From NCBI RefSeq assembly GCF_006345805.1, contig NC_043014.1, positions 7,936,001 through 8,000,000 of the forward strand: a stretch of DNA of 64,000 nucleotides. The letters run 5' to 3'. Positions 60,015 to 64,000 of the stretch are shown piece by piece. Within the stretch, counting starts at the first letter, position 1; each line of letters opens with the position of its first letter. The position numbers were made by a program, and so were the translations under genes. A model generated the notes under the pieces. The model was given only the letters and a program-made list of their open reading frames with translations, was not told the DNA's origin and made no database searches. This stretch comes from Octopus sinensis. Its lineage: Eukaryota.

Positions 60015-60799
60015 TTATATGTGTGAGTGTGTATGTGTGCGTGCAGGTGTGCATGTATATGTATATATGTATGTATATATAACTATATATATATATACAT
60101 ATAAACATACATAAATATAAATATATATATATATTATATATATATATTATATATTATATATATAGTATCCTGTAAAATTTCTTACTTTCTTCTTTTCTCC
60201 CCTATTCCTTTTTACTAATACCATTCTTCTCTAACATACATATCTCTTCACTTCTCTTTATCTACTTACCCCTACCAGTACGTTCTCAAAATTTCATTCA
60301 CACCACAAGAATCATTTGAATGACAGCACATGGAACATACATCTCCACACTGTCCATTTGTAACAACAAAATATGAACGCCTATCGGACCTACATACCAT
60401 GGCCAAGAAGCATTTCTAACCATTCTACACAACACTTGGATAATGGAACTGCAACTCTAACATCCTACATATATTTTCATTTTATTCTGCACAAAAAAAA
60501 AACATAGAATTTAATTAAATTTGAAGGATACATTAGTATAATTTTATCCAAAATCTCCAAGAGGATAAAAAGTTAGACAAAGAACATGTTTTACCGACAG
60601 CATCACAGTTGTAACAACAGAGTTTTTTTGCAGCTGAAGATTGCTCTACATTTTAAATTGATATAATGTTTGCATTGTTCAATTAAATGGAGTCGCATGA
60701 AACGATCGTACTGCATTACCTCTGGATATCCTTGTTGCTTATTTTGATATATGATATATATACATAATACACATAATATATACTATATTATATATGTAC

Positions 60800-60852
<53 letters not shown>

Positions 60853-60859
60853 TATATAT

Positions 60860-61045
60860 TAGTTATCGCCATACTAATATGGTATTCTTATAAAAATAAG
60901 AATAAAGCTGTCCGCTTATTAGCTCCATGAGGCCATCGCCTCAAGTTAGCTATTTGATACACAAACTGTATCCATATAACCTTTGAACAAGGGAGGTCAG
61001 TCGCTCCACACTACTTGGCCGGCAGCTACAGACGCGTTTCGGGGT
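60860..61045 (-). mobile_element. Penelope pLTR relic (3' half of a hammerhead)
   Basis: Minus strand CCCCGAAACGCGTCTGTAG, truncated at (TA)n. Confidence 0.5.
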
Positions 61046-61199
61046 ATATATATATATAGATATATATATAATTGACAGAATGAGATAAAAATCCAAGGGT
61101 ATGAAAGATTTCAGTTATTCCAGAGAAGATACGAAATAGAGAGTGAAGTGGAGGAAGGAAAACAGACGTGAGATATGCAAGGATGTTGTATCTGCAGTT

Positions 61200-63125
61200 C
61201 TAGTTAGTTAGTTAGTTAGTTAATTTGGCTCAAAAGCAAATAGCAAGGCCATGTAGGGAGACATGGAGTTAAGTACAGGGTGGTGTTCATGTAAAGAGTT
61301 CAGGCTACTTGAGGTCCAGGGAGGCTTTGAACAAAGCGGTCGTCGGCATCTTTACCATCTCGTCTGGCAGCTTGTTCCACGGATCCGCAACCCGGACGGA
61401 GAAAGCTCCTCTCCTTCGATTGAGATGAAATCGTCGCAGGTAGAGCTTTTCGGAATGACCCCGCAGCCAACGCTCTGGAGCAGGAGTGAAGAACAGCTCT
61501 TTCGAGAGGTTACACTTTCCGCTTATGATGTTGTGGGCGAGAATGAGATCACTACGGCGGCGGCGTTTTTCAAGAGAATAAAGGTCGAGCGTCCTCAGCC
61601 TTTCTTCGTAGGACACATTTTTGAGACCATGAACCATGCGGTAGCCAGCTTCTGGACTCTTTCGAGATGCTGTATCTTTGAGGAGATAAGGAGAAAAGGC
61701 TTGAATCCCATACTCCAATATGGGTTCACCAGCGTGACATAGAGTGGTAGGAATAGGCTGCTGTGAGCATTCCGAATGACCGTCGAATCAAGAACAGAAT
61801 TCCGCGTGCTTGTTGGCAGCATGGATGCACTGGGCCGAAGGCGAAAAGGAGGAATCCACCAAGATACCTAGGTCTTTTACCTGATCGGTCCTCTCCAGCA
61901 GCAGACGACCCGGCTCGAAATCAAGTTGAGTTGCAGGAGTAGACCCGACAGGCAGATGACAGCACTTTGACACGTTCAGACACAGGTCCAATCGTTAGAC
62001 CACTTCCAAATTTGGTGGAGGCATCGACGAAGATCCTCTATATTACCGCGAGGAGCGCGACCAGTTTGATATCGTCGGCAAATAGAAGGGTGTCGTGTTG
62101 CGTGAGGTCGTCGGGCAAGTCATTTATGAAGACTAAGAACAACAAGGGCCCAAGCACTGAACCTTGAGGCACGCCACTGCTCGCACTGGAGACGTCGGAC
62201 CGCGAACCATTAACTTGGACTTGGAAGGAGCGATCTGAGAGGAAGGCACCAACCCATCGTACAATATCCGGATGGAAACTATATGCCTGAAGCTTGACAA
62301 GTAATAGGCGGTGGTTTACCGAGTCAAAAGCTTTGGCAAAGTCCAATAAAACGATGTCAACAGCATCACTATCATCGAGGATGCGCGTCACCAATTCTTC
62401 CATTACTAGTAAGTTGGTCAAGCATGATCTCTTCGGCACGAAGCCGTGTTGGGAATCAGAGATAGAGGCTGTGTTTAGGAGGTGGAGCATCATACTTTTC
62501 TTAAGGATGGTTTCGAACATCTTGCTGATTATTGATGTAAGGGAAACCGGTCGGTAGTTAAGCGGGTCTTCGCGGCTCCCTTTCTTGAAAATTGGGCAGA
62601 TTATCGCTGTTCCCAGTCTGCAGGTATAACCCCCGTCGCCAATGACATATTGAATAGTCGCGTTAAGGGCTCGCAGATGACCGGAGAGCCAACGCTTTGA
62701 TAACCCGTGGGTGTATGCCGTCAGGGCCGTGACCCTTGTTGACATCGAGGCCTTGAATAACACGTTTGACTTCGTCCCGCGTGATGACCAATCGAAGCAT
62801 TGGAGGTACCGATCTATCAAAAAGGAGGGGGTTCACGATCATCATCTTGTTTGAAAATAGTTGAAAAAGCCTCGGCAAATAATTGACTCTGTTGATAAGG
62901 GTCCTCAATCGATACGCCTGTTGAGTCTACAACGTTGCAATCTGGTTGTTCAAGCGGAATTCCGCTGGACATGGGCAAAGAAGGTTTTGGATTGCTACTG
63001 GCATTTGCCGCGATTTTGTATTCATAACTTAAGCGTTCTTTCTTTTCGATTTTCACGGCTCGGTCTCGTGTTTTGTACACCTCAAAAGCTGCAGTCGAAT
63101 CCAGATTTTTGAATTCAGCCCAAGC
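61200..63125 (-). mobile_element. CR1-like LINE family 2, 5'-truncated RT-containing copy
   Basis: ICPIFKKGSREDPLNYRPVSLTS, QHGFVPKRSC, LDFAKAFDSVNH, SGVPQGSVLGP, FADD. Frameshifts; (TAAC)n tail. Confidence 0.92.
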
Positions 63126-63326
63126 TATATTTAAGCAAAATAGTATACATATAAGATCCCTGTGCCTTGTGTATTTAAATAGTGTTTAAAATTGGAAAAA
63201 AGAGGAAGACCCTAAAAGAGTTTATATGCGTAAATATTCAGTGTGGATATAGGCAAATACGTAGATGGATACAGATGTATGTAAACTAATAGAAAAATCA
63301 CATAATAAGAAAGAATGAAATAAAGC

Positions 63327-63358
<32 letters not shown>

Positions 63359-63566
63359 TATATATAATAAAATATTAGAAAAAAAACCACTTTTATCAAT
63401 TCAAAATGAATAATTAAATTACACCATCTAGAAAATTACACATATATATATTTTATATATATATATTATATTGTGTGGAATTTGATTTAGTATTTCTAAA
63501 TTGAATTCTTTTTCCTTGGAAGTTTGGATTATATTCCCTCAAATAATAATTATGATAATATATAGG

Positions 63567-63632
<66 letters not shown>

Positions 63633-63665
63633 TATATATTATAATATATAATGATATATATATAT

Positions 63666-63749
<84 letters not shown>

Positions 63750-64000
63750 TATATATATGTATATATATATATTATATATATGTATGTATTAATATATATA
63801 TATAATATATATATATATAATTATATATATATATATATATATATAGATATATATATATATATATATATTGTGCGTGTGTGTGGTTTGTGGTGGACTGTTA
63901 CTTGGGAATAAAATTGACATTTCTCAGAGAGCAATAATAAAGATATGTTATGCCGAAGATGCAGATAATTTTTGACTTCCCCTCGTTTATTTCACACAAA

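Overview
This is AT-rich, repeat-dense eukaryotic DNA. The SINE families and microsatellite landscape are those I associate with octopus or another coleoid cephalopod (recall, not searched). One host gene is supported, on the + strand at about 9.5-42.8 kb. It has a TATA box, 13 phase-consistent coding exons (including 16- and 25-nt micro-exons), at least one unresolved exon and an AATAAA signal. It encodes a secreted ~570-590 aa animal heme-peroxidase-fold protein with a degenerate C-terminal TSP1-like module. The proximal heme His is Asp, and the GDxRxNE and NxQRxRDHG motifs are destroyed, so it looks like a pseudo-peroxidase. The rest is mobile DNA: a young 5'-truncated Tx1-clade LINE inside an (ATCT)n tract, two CR1-like LINE families, an R4/Dong-like fragment beside (AAT)n, and a Penelope-like element with inverted pseudo-LTRs carrying a hammerhead ribozyme. 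There are also several other hammerhead-bearing fold-back relics, hAT and mariner MITEs, Helentron-like elements and three tRNA-derived SINE families. SINE A shares a covarying 3' hairpin with the CR1 LINE. SINE B shares its 3' end with the Tx1 LINEs and forms an 8-unit array with trimer higher-order structure. SINE C carries four different tails. No searches were run; family names rest on motif recognition, and repeat boundaries are approximate.
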